In this document: piece after piece, positions 24,690-36,302 of the stretch
Position numbering within the stretch: the stretch's first letter is position 1
Layout: the number at the start of each line of letters is the position of its first letter
From: Narcine bancroftii
Lineage: Eukaryota
Direction of reading: 5' to 3'
Length of the DNA: 64,000 nucleotides
NCBI RefSeq assembly: GCF_036971445.1
Contig: NC_091473.1
Location: forward strand, 200,074,001-200,138,000
Made by a program: the position numbers and the translations under genes
The notes under the pieces: model-generated
The model's input: only the letters and a program-made list of their open reading frames with translations
What the model was told of the DNA's origin: nothing
The model's database searches: none

Positions 24690-24940
24690 AGTAAAACAAC
24701 AATGAAAGTAAAACCCATTGAAAGCAGCAATAAAATATAACAATAACTGAATAAACAACAATAAATGTAAAGCTCATTGAAAACAGCAATAAAATACACA
24801 AAAACTGAATAAACCACGATAAATGTAAAGCTCATTGAAAACAGCAATAAAATACACAAAAACTGAATAAACCACGATAAATGTAAAGCTCATTGAAAAC
24901 AGCAATAAAATACACAAAACTGAATAAACCATTAAAAAAA
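24690..24940. repeat. 58-bp AT-rich tandem repeat x~4.5 inside ERV C
   Basis: AAATGTAAAGCTCATTGAAAACAGCAATAAAATACAC recurs with period 58. Confidence 0.85.
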
Positions 24941-26479
24941 ACGAATAAAATTGTAACATTATGGCACTTTGTCATTAATTCTTTGAATGTGGGTCCAGCC
25001 TTTCTCTCTTGTTCTTACTGCGGTGTCTGTAATTAAAAGTACACAGAAGGGACCATCCCAGGCAGGTTTTAGTTGATCCTCTTGCCATGCTTTTACATAT
25101 AACCAATCACTAGATTTTAATAAAATGAATAACAATCTGACTTTCCTTTGTGTTAGTGTAAAAATTGTAAAATGAAACACAAACCATATTTGCATGGGTT
25201 TTGAATATGTTAGACCTTATTAAAATGCAGTTGGAGCTGCTTGTCTGTATGGGGCACAACCCTCCAACTTGTTAGAGTGAGTACATAACAGACATTGCAG
25301 CACAAGAGCCCCTGCAAGAGAACTTGAAACATATTCAACCTTTAGTTCTGCCTTAAGTAAAATGCCTTGTGCCACAGCTCACAGGAGCTGGCCTTATTTA
25401 AAACAGTCTGTAAAACAGGCACCAAAAAAAAGTTAAAAGATGTTCTTATGAAGATTGCACACACAATAATTTAAGTACAGGCTAGTTTCTATTATATTCC
25501 ACTTAAAAGTTCTGCTGCATGAATCCTGGAGCTTGTGGAGTCATTATTGAATCAAAAAATATTGGTACCATGCCAATCTCATTCTAACATGCCAATTTCT
25601 CCAGTCCTTAAGTCAAGATGTACTGAATAGCATCTGGTACAAGATCTGTGAGTTCTTAATGATATTATTATTCTTATGCACCCAATTGTTCTGAACAATG
25701 CCACCAATTTAAATCATATTCCACCTATTGCAGTACTCACACACCACCATAGACCAGTTCGCAGGTTTATTTCTCCATTAAGTTGAATCCAGTTGCGCAG
25801 GATTTACCTCTGTGATTATTTACAATGTAACTTCCGCACTACCGGATTTAAATATAAACCTGATGAATGGGGGAAAGTTATCATGAATTAAATAACAGCG
25901 GCAATACAGAGAAATTGTGCTGAGGCATTAATTTCACTCCAGAGGAAAATGCACCAGAGAAATGAATGATTAAACTTATAGGAATCCCCATAGGAATCCC
26001 CAGAGGTATCTTTATTCTCCAGAGGTGGGTGATCTTTAAACTCACGGACCTTGACTGCTGAATGTGTAGAAGAAATGTATTTGATAGGGCTCCATACCTC
26101 TAACTGCAAGACAAGAGCCTGAAGCCTCAATTTCAAGTGCCACAGTGCACTTAAAGGGACATGCACACTCCCCCTTCAACTGGCTGATCCAGCCACTTTA
26201 CACATCAGATCCTTTCTTTATCTCACATACACTTAAAGTTAAGATGTATAGAACTCACCCTATTTGCGCAAACATTTCTCCCTGCAAATGTTATAACATC
26301 ACTCAACTCTCAGGTACTCCCTGTGCAAAATCACTTTTAAATACAATTTATTTCATAAATTGGAATTAACTGGTAGTTAAATTCGCTAATTCTACAGTAT
26401 TGAAAAACGATCATTTATGACATTTAATTTTTAGCATGAATTTTAATCAATATTGGTCAGTGACTGAAGTGGGAAGTCG

Positions 26480-27675
26480 TGATTTATGAAATTATCTCTG
26501 GTCTCTACTCTCCCACTCCCTGCACTTCTCCCAACATTCAGGAGCTGGCACACAGTCCCTGCCTTTTTTTTCATGTTACTCATCTACTATTCCTTTAACT
26601 GCTTGCATCAAAATGTTAGCCTTTGCTTTCTGCTTATCCTCAGATGTCTGGACAAATGCTTTTTGTGTGATCTGTAGAAGCTGGGTTATTCCCTGCTCAT
26701 GCCAATTTTCTGTCTTTTGTAATTTTCTCTTAATGTCTGGGGCTGAGTTGGTAACAAAACCTGTTAGTACCAATTGTTCCCCTGCTGGGGATTCTATGTC
26801 GAGACCCCCATATTGTATATATATATGGTCCCAAAAATTGGTCTAACTGTTCAGCACATCCCTGGGGATCTTCTATCAGGGAGGTCAGTTCTTTCTTAAA
26901 GTTACACACTTCAGTACTGGTCAGGGGCACATTTACGAAACCGAGACCCTCTCCCATGGGAACTTCCCACAGTGGTCTCATCCAATTGGTTTCTAGCTTA
27001 TTAGGTCTGGGTTCCTGCTCCCTGGGAAATGAATCAAAGGGTTCTGCCCTTTCTTCCTGAAGAGTCTCACGCTGTTCTGAATTAAAGTTACCTCTCTCTC
27101 CTGCCAACAGAGGTGGTAATCGAGTGCTTTGTGAGCAAGTTATCATACCACTCCTGCTCTCTTCTCTCTTCTCTAGTGGTGGGGGAGGTGGGGAAGGTGC
27201 AGAAGGGTAGGTCATAGGAGGGGAAGGAAAGATAGGAGCCGGCATAGGAGGAACATAGGGTGGAGGGAGGGAATGTAACACATCCCAACCCTGTGATTCA
27301 GGGACAAGAGGTTCCTCCTCTCTCTTATCCCTGGATTCTTTCTCATTCAAAACCAGCTGTTCAATGGATCCCTTGAGCCAGCAGGCTGCATATTCCCTGC
27401 TCTCAACATTGTCTGGCTGGTTTTGATAGAGCCATAAGTTCAAACTTCACACATCCATTCATCCTCGGATCCGAATTTTGGCCAGTACACGGAGCTCCCT
27501 TTAACCGGGTATCCCACCCATTCATTACAACAATACCTGACCGTCGTCAGTTTGTCTTTACCGCGGGTCTTTCCTGTGCCCCACTCAGATAACATCATCC
27601 CAAGCGGGCTGTACGTAGCTATCTGGTGGTCACGTCCTGTGTCAGGACTCTCATCTCTACTGCCCGCTATTCCCA
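26480..27675 (-). pseudogene. gag: ERV C gag, frameshifted and internally deleted
   Basis: SPLGMML..W, YWPKFGS, PPPY late domain and capsid-like FKKELTSLIEDP / FVTNSAPDIKRKLQK spread over three ORF pieces. Confidence 0.85.
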
Positions 27676-27900
27676 TACTTAGGAACAAGTAAAATACTCT
27701 TACCGAGTTCTGGCAGTACTGCTCTAGCGCGCGTCCTTCCGCCGTTTGTTCTCAATGCCTCTTCTCGGATATCACTCGCTTCTTCCACTGACCAGCCACC
27801 CGTCGCCCGTGAGTCCAGCTGAATCAGCCGGGGTGCACCTACTCTCGTCGTCGGGGCACTCTGTCAGTGGAGGGAGTGTGATCCCGGACGAGCCCCCATT

Positions 27901-28589
27901 TGTTAGGAATTAAAGTACCTTTAAAGAAATTGCTCGAGACAAAAATTGAGAACAAAGAACATTTATTACTACAACAATGCAAAGTTGGGTGCTTCCCCTT
28001 ACCCTGGGAATACACACACATACTGGGGCTCACCCAACTTTTATACAGTCAATTTCAGTATCAGAATGCCCTCCCCCTTACATTCTTCTGCCCCCTGGAT
28101 GGGTTTGGCATAGGTAATTCTTCCTGCCTACGTGCAGTTTCAGTACACTTGGAGGACCAGGGGGTATCCTGTGGGTGCCCCATCATGTCATTGTCCTTAT
28201 TCACACCTTCCTGATTCTCTGGGCTACAGTCTCTTAATATGCAGAGTTGACTCATTCTATCTAGGGTTGGCTAATTTCATATGTATAAATCTGTGTATGG
28301 TTAGCTAATTAGAAATGTATGACTTGGTACTTCTGTCCAGGGCTAGGAGACCCTTATCTGATCCAGACTACCTCAACTTCCTACATTCTATTGTACCTTA
28401 CCATTCCTTATCTTAGTCCTATGGTCTTGTCACAAAGGATAGAAGATTCTTATGTTAATCGTGCTGACTCTGCTTTCCTGCATCCTAAGCCCCAAACTTA
28501 TCCTGTTTGAACTGGTTTCAGCCATTTTACTGATGAACTTTAGTTTCTTCCATGTTCATAATTTTAGGTCAATTTTCCCATCTCTCACA
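27901..28589 (-). repeat. 5' LTR of ERV C
   Basis: Adjacent to the tRNA-Pro PBS and followed by TSD AACC. Confidence 0.95.
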
Positions 28590-29843
28590 AACCAATTTAG
28601 TAGAAATGCTAAGTCATGAGGAGGTGTTGAGTAGAACAGAAGGCTATGGCCAGATGAGAACAAAGAAATAATTAGAAATATATGGGGTATGAATTGATTT
28701 CCGATCAAGACAACAGGATGTTCTGGCCTTGAGGATTAAGATGGGAGGTCGACACCTGAGATAACTGCAGAGCAGAAAATTGCTTGAGATAAGTCTTATG
28801 CAAGGAATCTAGCAAAGAAAGCCAACTTTTGTTCAGTGTAATATATAAACAGAAGAGACTGGATAGTAGGTGTGAGTCTTGGGGAATAGATCACTGAGCA
28901 GGTGACCTATGAACTAATGACTGAACCTGAGCTCTGTTAAGCTTTATTCTTGTGCTGTGTAATAAACTGATTGTTGAACCGAATACCTTCTCCTATCACT
29001 TCATTCGACGAGCACGCTGGACTCAGACGACACATAGACTAAATTGAGGGTAGGGTAAAGCCAGAGTCCGACAGGTACAGGATGGTACAATACAAATCCT
29101 TGCACCAGCTGTACCCGATGTCGCAAAAATTGAACAGATCCAAACCAAAATTATCAGACCAATGCTTCAGAGGTGGCATTGAAACAGGAACCTTTGTGCA
29201 TGTAACCTGGACATGTACCAATGTGAGACCTTGCTGGGTAGAAGTGGGTCAAACCCTGAAAAAAAAATCAGTAAAGAATTCCCACAGGACCCAGAGTTAT
29301 TTCTGTTGTGAAACATAATAGACGCAAGACTCATGATGAACCTGTCCAAATTTCAAATTTAATTCGCAATGATCACATTGACAGTGGCCGGGAAGTGCAT
29401 ACCAGTTAACTAGAAGTCCGACTCCTGCCTGACTATTGCGCACTGGATTATAGAAATGCAGAGCTGTGTTCCCCTGGAGAAAATCACTTATAACTTAAGA
29501 ACAAAGTACGACACTTTTGTAAAAATTTGGCAACCATAAATTCCACAGAAACAGTTATCTGGAGGACTGTTGTGTGTCACTGCCTCACCTTCCCTGTCAG
29601 CCCCGCAGTTGGCGAGGGGAGTGGGTCATGAGAGTACATTAGCCATGACATTGTGCTCAAAACGCTTTGCTGGGGGGGGGGGGGGGTCAAAATGCTGCAC
29701 CGGGGTCTTCACATGGCGGTGTGGACTTTAGAGGTCTATCCTACTTCAACCAGGAAAAGTCGTGAGAAGAAAACAGCCTGAGCACTGTCTGTCGTGATAT
29801 AAGAGACCCAAAAACCCCTGATGTATATTTTATACCTTTTTGC

Positions 29844-30580
29844 TGTGAAATGTCCTAAGTGTTATGTGTAATTGTGTTTGGATGTGTATTAGGTGTTAAA
29901 TGTGGAGGGTAAAGGGGAAGGAAAAGGCTTGAACTCTAGAGGAAAAATAAATTGTATAAAATCGACAATTGTAAATTGCAGCTGGCATTGATGTTATTAA
30001 TGTTAACGTTGACAATGTTGATACGGTTTGAGTTTCAGTCTGGAAATGAGAGATAATGGAATATGGGAAGTTTAAGCAAGTGCTAAATAGGAATGAATTA
30101 AGATGGGGTGAAGGGAATGGAATAGAAGTCAAGCAAGTGCTAAATAGGAATGAATTATGATGGGTTGAATAAGGGTGGAGTAAGAATGAAGTGTGAGGAA
30201 AGGGTTAAGCAAGTATAATAGAATAGGGTCTTATAGCAAGTAGATAGATTTAGCAAGTCCTGGGGGTTGAGATTTATGAATAAGAACAAAGACATGACAC
30301 TTCCTGGTAAACAAGTTTACACACAGAAAGGCACAGCACAAACTGCAGGTAGGCAGAATTTCCTAATGCTAAACCAATCCAGGAGGCGAGGCAGAAGAAT
30401 GTTAAGGGGGGAGGTACCTCTGTACTGATAGAATGTATAAAAAGTTGGGTAAGCCCCAGTATGTGTGTGTATTCCCAGGGAAAGGGGAAGCACCCAACTT
30501 TGCACTGTTGTAAAATAAATGTTCTTTGTTCTCAATTTTTGTCTTGAGTGAAATCTGTGAAGGCATCTCTGCTTCTCACA
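29844..30580 (+). mobile_element. Solo LTR related to the ERV C LTR
   Basis: TGTGA...TCACA termini, TATAAAA and AATAAA. The last ~170 bp match the reverse complement of the ERV C LTR R/U5. The left boundary may be 29851. Confidence 0.82.
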
Positions 30581-30609
30581 AAAATCATAAATAAAATATT
30601 TTTTAAAAA

Positions 30610-31545
30610 GACAAATTGCAAGATTGAATTTAAGAGCAGGGAGGTTATGTGGTAAATGCTCAAGGTTTTGGTGAGGCTGCATCTGGAGAACTGCATGCAG
30701 TTCTGGTCTCCTGACTTGAGGAAAGATGTACTGGCTTTGGAGGTGTTTCAGACAAGGTTCACCAGTTGATTCTAGAGATGAGGGGGTTAGTCTGAGGAGA
30801 GATTGCTGGGATTTAGAAGAATGAGTGGGGATCTTCTAGAAATGTATAAAATTATTTAAGGCATAGATAAGATAGAGGTGGGTAAATTATTTTAGTTCTT
30901 GTTAAGGAAACTAGAACTAGGGAACATTGCCTTGGTATTCAGGGTAGTAGATTTTGGATGGAGATATGGAGGCTTTCCCAGAGGATGGTTAATTTATGAA
31001 ATCTCTGCCCATTGAAGCAGGGGAGGTGACCTCAGTAAATATATTTAAAACAAGGTTGGATTGATATTTACATGCAGTAAAAGTTCTAAAATCCAGATCG
31101 CTTGGGGATTGGGTCAGGCCGCATTTTCAGATTTTCCTGATTCTCGGGCAGTACTTGTAAAACTCAAATTTAGGAAGAATAAACGGGTCAATTTAAAAAA
31201 TTATTAACGAGACAGTTTTCATATAAAATACAAAAATCATCAATATTTTGCCTTGCATTTCCACGACTTCTGCATAGCCATGTTGCCACTGGGCCTCTGG
31301 CGCTTACACATGGACGCACACAGAACCCGAGTGTTTTTAAGGACCGGATTCTCGAATGGTCTAGATTTCAGCCAAGTGTTTCCTTGAAGTCCAGATTTTT
31401 GGACTTTGACTGGACAAGGGAATTAAGGGACATGGGAAAAAGACAGGTCAGTGCAGATGAGCCAATCATCAGATCAGCCATGATCTTGTTGATTGGTGGA
31501 GGAGGCTTGAAGGGCCACATAACCTACTCTTGCTCCTATTTCTTA
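30610..31545 (+). mobile_element. CR1 LINE 3' fragment interrupted by a MITE
   Basis: LVRLHLENCMQFWSP-like RT C-terminus and a CR1-type 3' UTR. Confidence 0.75.
31075..31412. mobile_element. Tc1/Tigger-like MITE
   Basis: Imperfect TIR CAGTAAAAGTTCTAAAATCCAG / CCAGATTTTTGGACTTTGACTG. Confidence 0.6.
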
Positions 31546-32029
31546 TCTTCTCCTGCTACTCTCTCTATAGACACTGACTGAGCAACTGAATATTTCCAGC
31601 AGTTTCTGTCTTTATTTTGGATTTCCAGCATCTACAGTGTTTTCTATCCATCTGAAAATTGGAGCCTGAGGTCAAGACCTGAACTAAAATGGGGTTGGTC
31701 TATACTTACTGGAGTTGAGAGGTTGGGAGGTGATCTGATTGGTGTCTCTTGTGGTTTGCAGATTGATGTGGAGATGGAGAAGGCGGTGATTACATCAAAC
31801 GTTCTCTCCCATTCCCATGTGGGTCTGTGACCTGACTTGTGGGCCTGACTGTTTGTCCACTGCATGCGGACTTCGGTGTCTTCTCTTTCTGCCTGGTGGG
31901 CAGTGAACAGTGAGTGTCTGTCAGAATCAGGTTTATTGTCATGAACATGTCATGAAATTTGTTGTATTGTACATTCCAGGTGTAAAATTCTTATAAATTA
32001 GGGTTCCGTAAACATAATATTAGAACCAT

Positions 32030-34250
32030 CGAACATACAGCACAGAGAATAGGGTGTTTGGCCCGTCTAGTCTGTGCCAAACTATAATCAGCCCAGTTTC
32101 ATTGTCCTGTACCCAGCTTGTATCCATTCCACTCCCATCCACGCACATGTCCAAATTTTTCTTAAATATTAAAATAAGCCCATATTCATCACTTTATCTG
32201 GCAGCACGTTCCGAACACCCACTACTCTCTGTGTGAATGTTCCCCTAACGTTCCTCATAAACTTTTCCCTATTCACCCCTCACCTGTGTCCAATGGTTTG
32301 TACCTCACCACAACTCAGTAGAAAAAGCATTCTTGCATTTACTCTGGTGAGACCTTTCATAATTTTGTATACCTAGATCAAATCTCTCCTTATACTTCAG
32401 GGAATAGTCCCAACCTGTTTATCCTTCCCTGTAACTCAGCTCCAAACATCCTAGCAACATCGATATTCCCAGATTGCCTCAGTGCCCTTCCATTTACCAT
32501 ATATGTTCTAACTTGGTTTGTCATTTCAAAATGGAACATGTTGCATTAAATCTGTCTGGCATTTTTCAGGCCTTTTTTCCAGCTGGTCCATGAAGATTCC
32601 CTGATGACTACAAATGTGAAAACAAGACTTACCACACACAAAGCCATGTTGACTTTCCTTAATCAGCCCATGACTGTCCAAATACCTATATATCCTGTCT
32701 CTCAGAACTCCTTCCAATAATTTACCCACTACCGACATCAGGCTCCAGTCCTCTGGCACGTCACCTGTGAGGCATTTTGAATCTATCAGTCAGGGCCCCT
32801 GAAATTTCTACACTAGTCCCTGTCAAGGTCTGAGGGAATATCCTATCTAGTCCAGGTGATTTATCTACCTCTTTCGCCGTAAGGCACCAAGCACCTCCTC
32901 CTCCTTCATCTCCATCTGCTCCATGACTCTTCGGTTTGTCTCCCTTCCTTCCTTATGCACTTTGCCAGTTTCCTGAGTAAATGCTGATGGAAATAAAAAG
33001 TGTTTAAGATCTTTCCCTATTTCATGAGGCTCCACAAATACTTGACCATTCTGATCCTCTCGGGGACCAATTTTGCCCCTAACTATTCTTTACCACTAAT
33101 ATACTTATAGAAGCCCCTCAGGCTCACCTTCATATTATTTGACAGAGCAACCTCTTTTTCCTTCCTGATTTCTTTCTTGAGTATTTTCCTGCTTTTTTTG
33201 GTTCTCTTAGAGTACCTCATTAGCTCCCTGTTGCCTTTATTTGCTATATATCTCCCTCCCTAACCAGATCGCCAATATCCCTTGAAAAACCAGGGTTCTC
33301 TGCGCCTGGTAACTTTGCCTTTGATCCTACCAGGAACATGCAAACTCTCCACTCTCAAGATTTCACTCTAAGGACATCCATTTACCTCACCCACCCTTCC
33401 CCTAAAACAACATATCCCAATCCCCTCTACATTTCCACAAAATTTGCCTACCTCCAGTTTAAAATCCCAACATGAGAATCAGGATTTATTGTCATGAACG
33501 TCATGAAATTCAGAGTTTTGCAGCAGCATCACACATAATCATCTTACAACATTACTATGAAAAATAAATAATAACAATAATACGGCACGAAAATTAAGGC
33601 CGTGTCTTTGGTTCATTGATTATTCAGGAATCTGATGGCAGTGGGGAAGAAGCTGTCTTTGTGCTGCTGAGTGCTCGTCGTTTGGCTCCTGTACCTTTTC
33701 CCTGATGGTAGCAGAGTGAAGAGGGCATGGCCTGTGAGGTGGTGGTGGGGGTGGGGGTCTTTGAGGATAGAGGCTGCTTTTTTAAGACAGCATCTCATGT
33801 GGATGTCCTCGATGGAGTGAAGTCTGGTGCCTGTGATGCCACAGGCCGAGTTAACAACCTTCTTGTCCTGAGAGTTTAATGCTCTCCACAGTGCACCTGT
33901 AGAAGTTTACAAGAGTCTTCAGTGACATACCAAACCTCCTCAGACACCTCACAAAGTTTTGACAGAGCACCAGTCTTATACTTTTCCATAAATAACTTGA
34001 AGCTCCTGACATTATGGTCACTGGACCCAAAATGTTCACCTACACATGCACCTGTCCCTGACCTGTTTCGTTCCCTCTCTTGTTGGTCCTCAATGCATTG
34101 ATTTGGAAAACTTTCCTGAACACATTTCACAAACTCCAAGCCATCCAGCCCTTTTACAGTATGTGAGTCCCAGTCAATATTTGGGAAGTTAAAATCTCCC
34201 ACTATCACAACATTCTTCTTCTTACATTGATCTGCTATCTCACTACAGGA
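32030..34250 (-). mobile_element. Mosaic of CR1 ORF2 fragments with a Rex1-type insertion (33475-33960)
   Basis: SVVGKLLEGVLRDRIY...SQHGFV, VGDFNFPNIDW and RCCLKKAASILKDPH...LLPSGKRYRS. Confidence 0.8.
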
Positions 34251-36045
34251 GAAGGTAAGCCTTTAAATTTGAGGGCTTACTGGGGATTGGGCCGACTTGG
34301 TTCAGGCAGAAAGTTGGAGGAGGCAGCGACTGGAGCTTGGGCGGTTTTCCAGAGGAGGAGGAGGAGGAGCATGAAGAGAGTGAGGGGGTTAATTAGACAA
34401 GGGTTAATAAAAGGAGGGTAAAGCAAAGGAGTGGCCAGCGAAGAGCGGCACAGTGAGTGAGTGGCCTAGTGAAGGAATGGGGCTTCAAGGCTTTGGCTCA
34501 AGAGGCTGATGAGCATATTGGGATGAAGAAAAGACTGTATATTTGTCACATATAATCTATATCTATTTTTTCTATTTGTAGGTGAGGGGGGAGAGAGAAG
34601 GGATGTGTGTGAGAGCAGTTTGCTGTCGGATGTGGTAGGTCCTGGAGTCTTCTAGCCTCCCGGACATCCATGTCTGCATTAGGTGTACTGAGGTGCAGCG
34701 TCTCAAGGAACGTGTTAGGGAACTGGACCTGCAGCTTGATGGCCTCACTCTGGTCAGGGAGACTGAGGCCATCATAGATAGGAGTTATAGTCAGGTGGTC
34801 TCACCAAGGGTCACAGCAGGAGAATCAGTGGGTTACGATTAGGAGGGGGAAAGGGAAGAGTCAGATACAAGAGAGGGCCCCTGAGCCTGTAGTCCTCAAC
34901 AATTGGTACTCCTCCTTGAATACTGCTGGTGGGGGGGGGGGAGCAATCAGGCTGAGGAAGGTAGATGTGGCCTTCGCTAAGGTTCCACATGGAAAGTTGG
35001 TGAGGAAGGTTCAGGCGCTAGGGATAAATGTTGAGATAGTCAGATGGGTTCAATGGTAGCTAGAAGATAGATTCCAGAGGGTCATGATGGATAACAGTCT
35101 GTCAGGATGGAGGCCGGTGACGAGCGGCGTTCCTCAGGTCCCTTGTTGTTTGTCATTTATATTAATGATTTGGATGATGGAATGGTGAATTGAGTTAGTA
35201 AATATGCGGACGATATAAAAATAGAGGGAGTTGTGGATAGTGTGGAGGGTTTTCATGAACTGCAGAAGGATTTGGACTGTTAGAAGAGTGGGTTGAAAGG
35301 TGGTAGATGGAGTTTAATGTAGATAAGTGTGAAATGCTTCATTTTGGGAACAATAATCAAAACAGGACTTGTGCAGTGAAGGGGAGGTGTTGAGGTGGTG
35401 GTGGAATACCGATTTCTTTGAAAGTGGATTCTCATGTAGATAGGGTGGTAAAGAATGCTTTTGGTATGGTGGCCTTTATAAATCATAACATAGAATATAA
35501 GAGCTGGGAGGTGATGTTGAGACTGTTCAAGGCATTGGTGAGGCCATATTTGGAATATTGTGTGGAGTTCTGTTCCCAAATTGTAGGAAGGATATCAATA
35601 AGGTAAAGAGGGTGGAGAGATTTACTAAAATGTTGCCTGGATTGCAGTATCTAGAATACAAAGAAAGATTGAGTGGACTCAATCTTTATTCATTGGAGCA
35701 TAGAAGGTTGGGGGTGGATTTAATAGAGGTATATAAAATTATGAGGGGGATAGATAGAGTAGATGTGAATAGACTCTTCCCCTTGAGGGTAGGTCATAAG
35801 TTAAGGGTTAGGGGGCAAAACTTTAGAAGTAACATAGGAGGAAGCTTCTTCACTCAAGAGAGTGATGGCTAAGTGGAATGACCTTTCGGAAGAGATGGTT
35901 GCAGCAGGGTCAATTTTGTCATTTAAGAGAAGGTTGGATGAGTGGATGGATGTGAGGGGATTGGAGGGTTATGGATAGGGAGCAGGTAGGTGGGACGAGA
36001 TGGGCCGAGATGGCCTGTTTCTGTACTGTAATTGTTTTATGGTTA
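34250..36045 (+). mobile_element. CR1 LINE, internally deleted (ORF1 fragment, RT and 3' end)
   Basis: ORF1 CIRCTEVQRLKERVRELDLQLD, RT SGVPQ, KYADD and LVRPYLEYCV. Confidence 0.85.
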
Positions 36046-36302
36046 TAAATGTGCTTGTCAAGGACTGAAGGTGATTCAGAACCAGGTGCTGGGAGCAGAA
36101 TGCAGCACCAAGTCCCGGAACGTAGGGCTCCTCTGTTTCCGGGACTTGCAATGCCCAGCTAGAGGATGCTTCTCCCAGATCCCAGCTATGGTCCCAGCTT
36201 GGGTGTTGATTTTACCTGTGGCCCAGTTCTCCAGAAGCTCCATATGGTTGAATATGCACTGTGCACCATGGGGCAGGACTGCATCCTCTCGTCCCCACAG
36301 CA

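Larger units (their letters stand above)
22969..28589 (-). mobile_element. ERV C: young, non-autonomous provirus (5.6 kb) with both LTRs, PBS-Pro, disrupted gag and decayed pol
   Basis: LTRs at 22969-23644 and 27901-28589 are almost identical. TSD AACC, perfect PBS TGGGGGCTCGTCCGGGAT (27881-27898), PPT at 23645-23661, gag YWPKFGSEDEW and FVNVPLT, integrase tail PAWDGPFCVLL. Confidence 0.95.
22532..29073 (+). mobile_element. Solo LTR (~710 bp once inserts are removed), host of an RTE tail and ERV C
   Basis: TGTTGG...CCGACA termini, 4-bp TSD GGTA (22528-22531 / 29074-29077), TATATAAA at ~28843 and AATAAA at ~28961. Confidence 0.85.
22350..29540 (+). mobile_element. L1-clade ORF2 C-terminal fragment split by nested LTR insertions (halves 22350-22531 and 29074-29540)
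   Basis: Joining across the GGTA duplication restores IINVRYRMVQY...KLSDQCFR. Confidence 0.8.

Noticed and set aside
24690-24940. CRISPR-like periodicity in this and the other arrays
   Set aside because: Pure tandem repeats without unique spacers, no cas genes, eukaryotic context.
25110-26480. Captured host gene inside ERV C
   Set aside because: No recognisable host protein. Faint protease/RT traces suggest decayed pol.
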